DNA from: Yuukianura sp. NJ FZ-2021
Lineage: Eukaryota
Direction: 5' to 3'
Assembly: GCA_046563655.1 (NCBI GenBank)
Contig: CM102289.1
Location: 8,122,001-8,186,000 of the forward strand
DNA length: 64,000 nt
The notes under the pieces were generated by a model. The model saw only the letters and a list, made by a program, of their open reading frames with translations, was not told the DNA's origin and searched no databases. The position numbers were made by a program, and so were the translations under genes. Shown here piece by piece: positions 1 through 9,095 of this stretch (within the stretch, counting starts at the first letter, position 1; each line of letters starts with the position of its first letter).

Positions 1-2975
1 TGGATGATTTCCATAAGGAAATCTAGCATCGTTTTTGTCGTATTGTGGCGTATGGCCTTAGCGTAGACGTATCGTGAGAGGAACTCGACTAGGACGACAA
101 TGTACTTATTTCTCGACTTTGTAGAGGGCAGGGGCCCGATGACATCTACACTGACTCGGTCGAAGAGGTCACCGACTGGGATGGGTGACAATAGTCCAGC
201 GGGATGTGTGTTCCGGACCCGGCGCTTCTGACAGATGGCACAGTTCCGTACGTAGTCGGTTATAAGCGCGTCGAGCTTGAACGCGAAAATGCTGTTCCGA
301 GCCCTGGCAAGGGTTCGGGCGACGCCTAAGTGACCCATGAGTACGTCGTCGTGGAAACGAGGTAGAACGGAGTGCATCATGTGCTTCGGGATGACTGGAA
401 GGTTGGTCTTCGTTAGTTTGCATTTGTATTGTAGGAGGCCGTCATCTACAGTGAAGCGTTTGTGGAGCTTGCTCCTAGCGTTTGTAGTGAGAGTAGCTAA
501 GATTTTCTGGAGCTTCTCGTCGTTTTGTTGTTGTTGTATGAGCTCGGTACGCGAATCTATCGGGGTAACAAATTGCATTGCGTACCAGTGTACTGGGAAC
601 TCATCAGTAAATGTCGCAGCGTGATCCTCCACAGGGAAACGTGAGAGGCAGTCTGCTTGAACGTGGCTTTTCCCATTGACGTGCTTTATTATGTAGTCCA
701 CGTCCTGGAGTCGTAATGCCCAACGTGCCAGGCGCGAGTTGCGCAAATTCCTGCACGTTTTGAGGTAGCAGAGGGCGTGATGATCGACCACAATCGTAAA
801 GGCTTTGAAGCCAATATACTCTCGAAATTTTTCAATTCCCCACAGAACTGCTAAGCATTCCTGTTCACTGGTGTTGTAGCGTTCCTCAGCGCCACGGTAG
901 GTGCGGCTGGCGTAAGCCACCACGCGTAAGGTGTCCTCCTCTCGCTGTTGGAGAATGGCGGCAATGCCCTTGTTCGATGCGTCTGTGTGTAACTCGAGTT
1001 CTGCATTCTCATTAAAGAATGCGAGGATGGGTGCGGAAACCAAACATTGGCGAAGGGAATCGAAGGCTCCCTGTTCCTGGTCGCCCCACTGAAAAGCTAC
1101 GGTACTTTTGGTGAGCTCAGTCAGTGGTTTTGCAATTTGGCTGTAGTTCTTGATGAAACGACGGTAGTATCCAGTACAGCCAAGGAACGTCCGAACTTCG
1201 TGAACGTTGGTGGGAGGTCGCATCTCAGTGATGGCCTTAACTTTGTCAGGGTTGACGGCAACTCCATCCCCCGTAATTATGTGACCAAGGAGTGCTAGTT
1301 TCGTCTGCCCGAAATAGCATTTCGGGGGTTGAAGAGTAAGGTTGTAAGCACGAAACTGTCGGAAGACATTTTCCAAGTTGGCCAAATGTGACTGAAAATC
1401 TTTGGCGAAGACGCATACATCGTCCAGGTATGCAGTACAAATGGAGTGGATTCGCGTTCCAAGAACTGTCTTCATAAATGCGCTAAAGGCAGCTGGAGCG
1501 CAAGTTAAGCCGAATCCCATGTAGAGGTGTTCGTAAGCGCCAGCATGAGTCACAAAGCTCGTCTTTTCTACGTCGTCCGGATGAATCGGGATTTGGAAGT
1601 AGCCGGACATCAGATCCAGGCAAGAGAAGTACTTGGCGCCATTCAGAGAAGCCAATAGTTCAGAAATTACTGGCATAGGCCAGTTGATGGTTTTGGTCAC
1701 GAAGTTGAGTTTCCTCCAGTCGATGACCATCCGGTATTTGTCGCTGTTCGGTTTCTTAACTAGAGAAACTCCAGCGGCCCAAGGGGAGCGGCTTTCTCGA
1801 ATAATTCCTGCTTGTAGAAGTTTGTCGACTTCTTCTTCAATTATTTTCTTCTCTGCTGGACTCTTCTTGTAAGGTGGGCAGCTTACTGGTAGTGCGTCGC
1901 CAGTGTCTATACGGAAAGTGACATCTTTGGCTTTACCAAGTTGGTCCAAATTCCAAGCGAAGATGTCGCCATATTCTAAAATGAGAGCACGGAGTTGCGC
2001 TTGTTCGCCGGTGCTTAAGTCTGGATTTATTTGAAGTTGGTCAATATTTTCTCGGGTTGATTCCTGTCGTTGCCGGCGGATTTCCTCTTCTGGTTCCGTT
2101 TCTCGAACCAAAACACGGTAGATATTCCCGACGTTGACTCCGCGGTACAACTTGACAGCGACTGGACGCGGATTGTCAATGGGGATCTCGAAGTCTCCTT
2201 CTGCGACATGAGCGAGTCCTGGGGCACAAAGGCCTAACTTGTCGAGAGCTTGGCTGTTTGGTTCGAAAGCGAGTATTCCTCGGAGCTGGTCAACTGGAAA
2301 GACCTTGATGAGCGTAGTCGAGAATGGTGGCAGCATCGTTTCCTCAGCTGTAAGAACTTTTGGCATCGAGGGACCATGAACCTGGGTAGCGTGAACTTGT
2401 TCGCGTTGCATTGTGTTTAGACTCAGTCCAAGGGCTGCTGGGGTACGTAGGTTGAATCCTCGCGGTACCTTCATACCTAGGAACTGGAAAGTTCCATGTT
2501 CCAGCGACTTCGAATACTTCAATTGCAGTTCATGTTCCAGTGTGAAGTCATTCCCGAGGATTACATCGTAGGATATGTCCGCCAGGACATAAAACTTATG
2601 CGTTAGCAGAGTGGTTGACTTGCGGGAAAATGTGACTTGCCGATAGACGTAACCGAGTACCGTGACCTTCGACCCGTTTGGAAGGTCGAGAGCTGATGAA
2701 GAGTCTATGGGCCTGATTTCGTCCAGAGTGACATTGTTGAGCCGAATTATGCTGACTGGGCATCCCGTGTCAAGGAGACACGAGCATCGCTTGAGTTTTG
2801 AGTTTTGTGACAGAAATATGCTAATTATGAGATTGCCGACTGGATCCATACTGCTAGGGTCTCCTGGAAAAGCTGTGTTGCGGGTCATCATAGCTAGAAT
2901 TGGTCGTGTTGGATTAGAGGGTTTAGCGTTTGAGTGGGCTTCAGACCTCTCTACTGTCGCCGCGCTGCGTTTCCC
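1..2975 (-). CDS. pol: Pol polyprotein (aspartic protease, RT, RNase H, integrase N-terminus), -1 frame relative to gag, open to the window edge
   Basis: Manual translation gives LLDTG (2763-2777) and DVILGNDF (protease); SPWAAG, DWRKLN, LDLMSGYFQI and YLDD (1419-1430) (RT); HTDAS, AYASR, ECLAVLW, VDHHAL, ADCLSR (RNase H); H-x5-H...C-x2-C and VDVIGPLP (integrase). All motifs are in one frame with no stop found. It is missing from the ORF track because it has no stop inside the window. Confidence 0.96.
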
Positions 2976-4456
2976 TGAGCCGTTACGGTTCGTCCTGCAG
3001 TCGGTGCTGATACGACAGCACGAGTTGAGTTGTCCTTGTCACAGGGTGAGGCGGGTCTCATGGCGTGATAATCGTCGCCTACCACAGGACATTGATATCC
3101 AAGGTGTGTCCCGTCACAATGTTCACAGTGGACACGTTTTCGGTTCCAGTTTGTGTCCCGTTGTTTCGACCGCTTGGGGCAGTTGGCTATGCGGTGGTCG
3201 TCCCAACCGCACTCATAGCATCCTGGGTACAGCTTTTGGCCTTGCCATGGTGGGAATTGGTGAGCCGGTTTTCGTTGTCCAAAGCCATACCGGTTTGGCT
3301 TGTGGTATAGGGGTGGCTGCTCGCGGTTGTAGCCGTGGCCTGCTTTCCCCCATGTTGGGCGTCGTCCACTCGGGCGTCGATCCGCCGGTGGCGGTCGCGC
3401 TGGTGCCTCCAGATTCATGTTGTTGAGACGTGCGGTTAGCCTGGGTAGGTCAGTGCCAGCCCGTTTCCGCTTCATCATGAAGTCATAGTTCTCCTTTTCG
3501 ATGAGGTACTGCATTACGTCCTGCGGCGTCTTCGGTTGGCGCAGAAATACCTCGTGACTGACATCAGCAGGCAACCCCTTGAGCAGGAAGTTGACTCGCT
3601 TCTCGTCCTTCATGGTGGTTCCTTGGCTTTTGTCCAGCTGGTCACATAGTCGCAGCACCTTGCCGCAGTAGTCTTCCACGCTCTCTTTTGGATTTCTCTT
3701 CCGCTGGGCCAAGCGGTGTTCCAATTCTTCCTCAGTGAGCCGTGACTTGAAGCTAGTGTGGAATCCCTCCTTCAGGGTCTTCCATGGAAGAGCGGCAACG
3801 TCGCCGTTGGCATCTCGATTGGCTGGGTCACGCTCCCAGTCAGTGCGAAAGTTCAAGAACCAAGTCTTCGCATAGCCCTTGAGGTAAAGCGGCAGATGGC
3901 GCACTTTCGCAGCCTCGTCCCATCGTTGATTAACAGCTATTGCCTTGAATGTCTCCCAGAAATTCCTGGCTGGGTAACCTCGCTTCCCCTCGAATGTTGA
4001 ATCGCCCGGTGGTGTCCAAACGGATACCACAACACTCGGTGCGGGAGTCGTCAGCACAACAGGCTGCTGAGGTCCCGGAGTAGGTGGCGTGCCTACGCCT
4101 CCTGGCGTTCCAGATGCTGGTGGCTGTCCGCCACCGGTTAGGTTCACAACTGGGACTGTTGAGCTTGGCCCACCAGCTCCTGCTGGCGGCGTCGGTGGGG
4201 TAGTCGTTGCGGGCACCGGAAGAGTGAACGCGCTCCCGGCCCCTCCGGCGGGTCCTGTTGTCCCGCCCGTTTGGCCCGTTGTGGGGCTAACGACAGGGTC
4301 GCTAGGGCTTGTCGTCGCACCGGCTCCTGCCGTGGGCGTCTTCGGCCGTTGCCGATCTCGTTCCTTTGCCTCCTTCAGTACTGCGGAGAGGTCCGCAAGT
4401 CCGTACGTTGGTGGAGTCCCGTCCTGTCGGGTGTGTCGATGAGCTGGATCCGACAT
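2951..4456 (-). CDS. gag: Gag (capsid + nucleocapsid), 501 aa
   Basis: WDEAAKVRHLPLYLKGYAKTWF and QRKRNPKESVEDY capsid-like motifs; zinc knuckles CYECGWDDHRIANC (CX2CX4HX4C) and CEHCDGTHLGYQC (CX2CX3HX4C); P/T/G/A-rich N-terminus. Confidence 0.92.
   Translation of the reverse strand: MSDPAHRHTRQDGTPPTYGLADLSAVLKEAKERDRQRPKTPTAGAGATTSPSDPVVSPTTGQTGGTTGPAGGAGSAFTLPVPATTTPPTPPAGAGGPSSTVPVVNLTGGGQPPASGTPGGVGTPPTPGPQQPVVLTTPAPSVVVSVWTPPGDSTFEGKRGYPARNFWETFKAIAVNQRWDEAAKVRHLPLYLKGYAKTWFLNFRTDWERDPANRDANGDVAALPWKTLKEGFHTSFKSRLTEEELEHRLAQRKRNPKESVEDYCGKVLRLCDQLDKSQGTTMKDEKRVNFLLKGLPADVSHEVFLRQPKTPQDVMQYLIEKENYDFMMKRKRAGTDLPRLTARLNNMNLEAPARPPPADRRPSGRRPTWGKAGHGYNREQPPLYHKPNRYGFGQRKPAHQFPPWQGQKLYPGCYECGWDDHRIANCPKRSKQRDTNWNRKRVHCEHCDGTHLGYQCPVVGDDYHAMRPASPCDKDNSTRAVVSAPTAGRTVTAQGNAARRQ
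2969..2975 (-). other. -1 programmed ribosomal frameshift slippery heptamer G GGA AAC
   Basis: X XXY YYZ heptamer phased with gag, 5 codons before the gag TAG. The -1 frame reads straight into the protease. Confidence 0.85.
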
Positions 4457-5930
4457 GGCTTACTTCGTCTTCTTCTTCTGAAAGGATCAGATGATTAGTT
4501 GTATTTGGTCCCCTAGGTCTTGGGATGATGCGGGGTCGAGGGTTGGACAACTTCCTCCCTCGGCATTTGCAGAAAAATGAAATAGCTATTGCCCCCATGC
4601 CGGCTAGTAACCCTACTATGAAACCGCGCATGAAGGTGTCGGGGTTGAATATGTCGGACATAAGGTGGGCAGTTTGACAGTCTACCCCCAGTTGAAGATA
4701 TGCGTATAGGGACTTGTCCATGAGTAGCTTGTTTTCCCGGGTTATCAGCTGGACCCGGCCTTTCTCGTAAGTGTAAACGCCTCGTTCTGTGTCCCGAATA
4801 CCGACAAGGCGTAGATCTCGTAGGTGAGGGTATGGCATGTAGATGTCGGGCTCGTCCCATAAAGTTTTGATCATGCCCTTCTCCAGGTATAGCGGCCTCC
4901 ATCCAGTGGTCAGCTTAATCCAGAGGGTGTGTTCTGACGGGAAGTATCCCAAAACTGGGTATGTAATGCCAAAGATACTTCGGTGCTTGAGTCCTGGTGT
5001 AATTAGGTGGCCATCTGATGAATATACTCCGATTTGGTCGTCAACCATAACATAGAGGTAACTCGCGACGCCGACTGTAAAGTTGATTCGGCCGTCTGGC
5101 GGGAAGTCCTCGAAGAAATCGGAATTCTGCACTGGAGTAGGAAGTAGTGTCCCAGCTCCTGTAACTCTAACGTGACCTTTCCCGTGGAACAAGAGATGTT
5201 CCCCATTGAGGTAACCAACATGATCGTACCATAGGGTACTCAGGCCTCGGATGTTTTCTCCATCCGGCCCTTCGTCGAAGAATCCTGGTGGGTACAGGAC
5301 TTTCAGTGCTTCTTCGTCGGGAACTCCTATTTCCGTAACGTGCGGCCAGAACTGGTACCATGCTGTCATCACAGATCCTATGGCACGAGTGTGTGGCAAG
5401 GCCAAGGCGTGGCCTATTTCGTGTAGGAGTACCGAAAATAGATTGACGTGTTCGTCGTCTTCTCCGAGAGACCAAGTCTCGTTTGCGTCTAGGTGGATTT
5501 GTCCGCCCATAACTGATCCTGGATAGTGGGCGTGGGCTAGTGTGCCTCCACGTCCGTCACTGGCGTCATCATGAATTTCGTGTTCGAAAGTGATGGAGAT
5601 GTCCGCACTCCCTTCTACGTAAGTAAAGGTGAAGTTGGAATAGCGTTGCCACTTCACAAACGCCAGACTGGCGTCAGCCAGTGCTTCTTCTCGGTCCATA
5701 TCATATGGAGTAGGTCCAAGGGTCCAGGTAAGGTCCTTCTTGGTCCACCGGTGAGGGTTCACCGGACTTCGTCGAGTTCGTGTCGCCAGTGCCCACGGGC
5801 ACATCATCGTTCCGGCGACCTCTGCAACAAGCGTCGTCCCGACGCAAAATACAAGGAGCATCCGTGGAGTCATACCGTCCAGGTATCCTGTAACAGGGTT
5901 GAACCGCCAAGGTTCGGTAATTTGTTTCAT
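4302..5930 (-). CDS. Membrane-type matrix metalloproteinase (M10A-like) carried by the retrotransposon. First in-frame ATG is 5930; alternatives are 5873 and 5861
   Basis: Hydrophobic leader MLLVFCVGTTLVAEVAG; RTRR (5769-5780); W-x-K-x-x-LTW; ADISITF; DGRGGTLAHAHYPG; GQIHLDANETWS; HEIGHALALPH (5391-5423); SVM Met-turn (5367-5375); degenerate hemopexin-like region; TM GFIVGLLAGMGAIAISFFC (~4569-4626); basic tail. Confidence 0.92.
   Translation of the reverse strand: MKQITEPWRFNPVTGYLDGMTPRMLLVFCVGTTLVAEVAGTMMCPWALATRTRRSPVNPHRWTKKDLTWTLGPTPYDMDREEALADASLAFVKWQRYSNFTFTYVEGSADISITFEHEIHDDASDGRGGTLAHAHYPGSVMGGQIHLDANETWSLGEDDEHVNLFSVLLHEIGHALALPHTRAIGSVMTAWYQFWPHVTEIGVPDEEALKVLYPPGFFDEGPDGENIRGLSTLWYDHVGYLNGEHLLFHGKGHVRVTGAGTLLPTPVQNSDFFEDFPPDGRINFTVGVASYLYVMVDDQIGVYSSDGHLITPGLKHRSIFGITYPVLGYFPSEHTLWIKLTTGWRPLYLEKGMIKTLWDEPDIYMPYPHLRDLRLVGIRDTERGVYTYEKGRVQLITRENKLLMDKSLYAYLQLGVDCQTAHLMSDIFNPDTFMRGFIVGLLAGMGAIAISFFCKCRGRKLSNPRPRIIPRPRGPNTTNHLILSEEEDEVSHVGSSSSTHPTGRDSTNVRTCGPLRSTEGGKGTRSATAEDAHGRSRCDDKP
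4478..4498 (-). promoter_or_regulatory. Putative splice acceptor (branch point CTAAT + TCCTTTCAG), 21 nt upstream of the gag ATG
   Basis: Minus strand reads ACTAATCATCTGATCCTTTCAG|AAGAAGAAGACGAAGTAAGCCATG. Confidence 0.55.
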
Positions 5931-6640
5931 TGCTTCGTTTGTAGCCTCGTTGTGTTTCGCTCCTCGGGGTATGCGACAGGTGTCGAAGAAAAACCTCTGT
6001 CCTACGTCATCGCCTCTCTCGAGTGGTCGCGACTCCACCCTCAAAGCGACTCCGATTGCTTGCTGAATGGGCAGCTGCAGGGTCTGGGACCTTCTGTGTC
6101 TGCAGCCCGGTCAAGTATTACACCGTTGCCAAGGGAACGCGCACCGTCCCTTAACCCGTTCCTTCACGGAAAATTTACCTATCGGTCTTCGGTTTCATCC
6201 ACGACAAAGCGCGGATAGCAAGTGAATCTTCTAATCGAGCCGTAATACCTCAGCCAGCTACCCAACTGGTGAGGGAGGAAATTAGCAGAAGAGAGAGACG
6301 TTGGAAGCTGTAGCTGCTCTACTTTAATTTCTGGTTGACTGAATTAATTACCACTACTGTAACTGTGAACCTTTGACTAGAGCCACTGCCCTATGAGGTG
6401 AGCTTTGGCCTTGGACAGAGCGTATGTGATGTCAGTAAAGGACTTTCACCTCTACGAGGGTCACCTTCTTTACTGCACCTGTTCGATGCCCTTGGCCACT
6501 CGCTCGCCAGAGGGGGGGATAGTACTAGGTCGTAGTCACTTCCGTAGAAAGTGGTTTCGTAGAAAGTAATTCAGTTTTCTCAAATGGTCCAGGTCACCCC
6601 TCATAGTACCACATTATCTCCTAACTCATTATATTATTTT

Positions 6641-6800
6641 ATTACGTTATTACGTTATTGTAATATTTACTTGGTTACGTTATTGTCCTTAAATAAATGT
6701 TCTACGTTATTGATTCGCACTCGCATTCATCCATTACGTTAATTACGTTACGTTAATAGCTGCGTTAGGTTACGTTAATTACGTTAATAATTACGTTAGG
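6641..6800. repeat. Array of ~10 TACGTTA motifs in the retroelement leader/LTR region
   Basis: Counted directly: 10 TACGTTA copies plus one TGCGTTA, in AT-rich spacers. Confidence 0.85.
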
Positions 6801-7533
6801 TTGTGGTACTGAATCAGCAATAGTCTCGCTTGAACAAAAAGCGCAAGAAAGAAAAGCAAACAGCGGCAGAGGCGGGAACCTCTTATTCTTTTAAAAGAAA
6901 TTGCCATCCCGGCAAATGCACCAAATGTTACGTTGGAAAAACGCAATGCCGTCCAGAAGGGCCCTTGGGGTTCAACCGCTGTCTAGTCCAAGGGGTCAAG
7001 GGCCTTAGAGACCCCTTCCCGGCGATGAGTCCCGTCAATAGTAAGTGTAAGGGTTGATGTTAAAATAATAAATAAATAAGTGTCTCCCATACCTTCTGCT
7101 ACTGGTGATAGTTGGGTGATTTTATTTTACAGTGAATAGGTTAAGTGCTAGTCTTCCTTCCTTCGTGCTTCTCTTAGTGCCCTTTCTTACTTCCAAACTA
7201 TGAGTGCGGGGTATTTAACATAAGTGCCTAATTGGGGCTATTGATAGTGTGGTTTCCGGGTAAGTTTTAGTACTAAACCGCATTAGCGGCGCTGGCTGTG
7301 GTTGTGTTAATTGTGCTGAATAAATTCGGCCTTGCGGTTTCTATCTTAATTTCCTTAGCCTTGCTATTTCTTCCTCTTAGTAACTAAAGTGACTTAGTAA
7401 CTAAGTGCAGTTGTTAGCCCTAACCTTGACATTGAAGTGAAAGTCTAGTGCAACAATTTACGGGTGCAACAATTGCCGCACCGGAAGCAAGATAATTTCG
7501 GGTTATGAAAGTGGGGCAATAATTTCAGCAAGA

Positions 7534-8556
7534 TTACTTATTTACATTGATGGATTCAAAGTCGATTGTAATTGTTGTCTTTACTGGAACATATTTTCTG
7601 CAAAGAAAAGAAAATCCAAAAATTAATGTATCACGGTAATTCATTAATAATTAATAAAGTTTGATTACGTGAATCGAACCCCAGCAGACTCAAACAAACG
7701 CTTCGCCGCTTTGACGCTGGGTCTGGCCTCGTATTTGTCAGAATAATAGATCACCTAAACATAACAAAAATTAACAACGTACTAAATTAAAAAATTTAGT
7801 AAGTAAAGTTAACCTGCTTAATCCCAGACTGAATTATTAGCTTAGCACATTCATTGCAAGGAAACAGAGCAACGTAGATTCGGCAATTCTTCAATTCCCC
7901 TACAATTTTATTGAGTATAGCATTCATCTCCGCATGACAAACTGAAAATTCAATAAACAAGTCGTTACGCAAAATAAGACTTAGAATTTATAAAAGTCTA
8001 CAAAACTCTCTAAGTAGCAGGACTTACCGTACATATGCTTTTGCTCCAGTACATCCGATGAAGCCTTACCCCAAGGGAAAGAGTCATCGCTACATCCAAT
8101 TGGGAATCCATTGTAGCCGATTCCAACAATTTTATTCTCGGAGTTGACTATACATGCGCCAACCTACAATCCCAGACAAAAAAAAAATAAGCGATTCTTT
8201 GTGGGTTATGAACCAAAAGACTTCGTTGACCTGAGAACACGGATCCTTTGACCTCATAGCCGATAGAAATGCCACCGACATAAAATACTCTTCCCAGGAA
8301 ATGTAATCTTCTCTTTTCTCACTTGACTTGTTTTGCGGTATCGGTTCCGTTGTCAGCGAAGATTCTGTAATACTAAAATACATGACAACGTTAGCTTTAG
8401 GCTAAAGTCAAAATTTAGCAAAATTTATTCAAAATTTAGCACATCAAGATCAAGCTAAAGGCTTTAGCTTGATCTTGAATGATGTGCTAAATTTTGACAG
8501 CAAGTCAATTAGTATTTAACTCAGCCTGATATAACAACTTACCCATTCGGGTCCAT
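7534..8556 (-). CDS. DCTD: dCMP deaminase (6 exons)
   Basis: Spliced translation: MDPNG|ITE...[36 protein letters not shown]...GIGYNGFP...|[10 protein letters not shown]...[16 protein letters not shown]...|...[14 protein letters not shown] and PCxxC zinc motifs present. Confidence 0.95.
8431..8495. repeat. Near-perfect palindrome (30-bp arms, one 4-nt bulge) in DCTD intron 1
   Basis: aaaatttagcacatcaagatcaagctaaag-g-ctttagcttgatctt(gaat)gatgtgctaaatttt. Confidence 0.8.
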
Positions 8557-9095
8557 GATTTAATTGAACTCCAAAGAAACGATTTAATTAACACTTATTA
8601 ATTAATACTTAATTACAACAAATGTGAGTAGTGGTAATTGAACCTTATTATTTTTCAAAGAGAAAATCCATGAAACAGCTGTGAATATCATCAGAATTTT
8701 TTGAACAAACGATTTCCCGCGTTTCCGTTGTTTGAATTTGGCATTTACGCATTCCATACAAGATTTATGAGACAAAGAGCAATTATAAAGAGTGGGAACT
8801 TTAAAAATAGCGTCCATCTCCTTATCCCCTCCGCTAAAAATTAAAATTTGCGGTTAATAAGCGTAGTATCAAAAATGAGCTTAATTAAGCACGCGTAAAA
8901 ATAAAATAAAAAACTGAAAATATAATTTGCAATTAGAAAGTTAACTGTGGCATTTAAAATTTCCCTCCTTGTGGTTTTATGTTTGTAATAATAATTTGGC
9001 GGCGAACTTTAAATAAATTGTGTTTTTACATCTTTACACATTAGAAGTAAAGTGTAACATAGAGTGACAAACGTAACGTTAAAATTTCGTTCATA

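Larger units (their letters stand above)
1..7530 (-). mobile_element. Ty3/gypsy LTR retrotransposon, 5' part (LTR/leader - MMP ORF - gag - pol), truncated by the window edge
   Basis: Domain order gag, PR, RT, RH, IN. No introns in the coding part, which is visibly more GC-rich than the flanking host genes. The right boundary is tentative (TG on minus at 7530); the 3' LTR and TSD are outside the window. Confidence 0.9.

Noticed and set aside
1..2975. pol as a pseudogene because it is absent from the ORF track
   Set aside because: Manual translation keeps all motifs in one frame without stops; the ORF simply runs off the window.
2662..3426. 254-aa plus-strand ORF (also 4089-4442 and 5571-6218)
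   Set aside because: Antisense shadows of GC-rich gag/pol/MMP coding sequence with no recognisable motifs.
6481..6509. GTTCGA...CCA as a tRNA gene 3' half
   Set aside because: Spacing from the T-loop to CCA is 23 nt rather than 18 and no cloverleaf or A box is evident; at most a PBS.
6510..6520. GAGGGGGGGAT as the element's polypurine tract
   Set aside because: It is purine-rich on the plus strand while the element is on minus, and it is at the 5' side; the real PPT should be outside the window.
7534..8556. dCMP deaminase as additional retroelement cargo (nucleotide-metabolism helper)
   Set aside because: It has five spliceosomal introns and host-like composition, and lies outside the putative LTR; it is an ordinary host gene.
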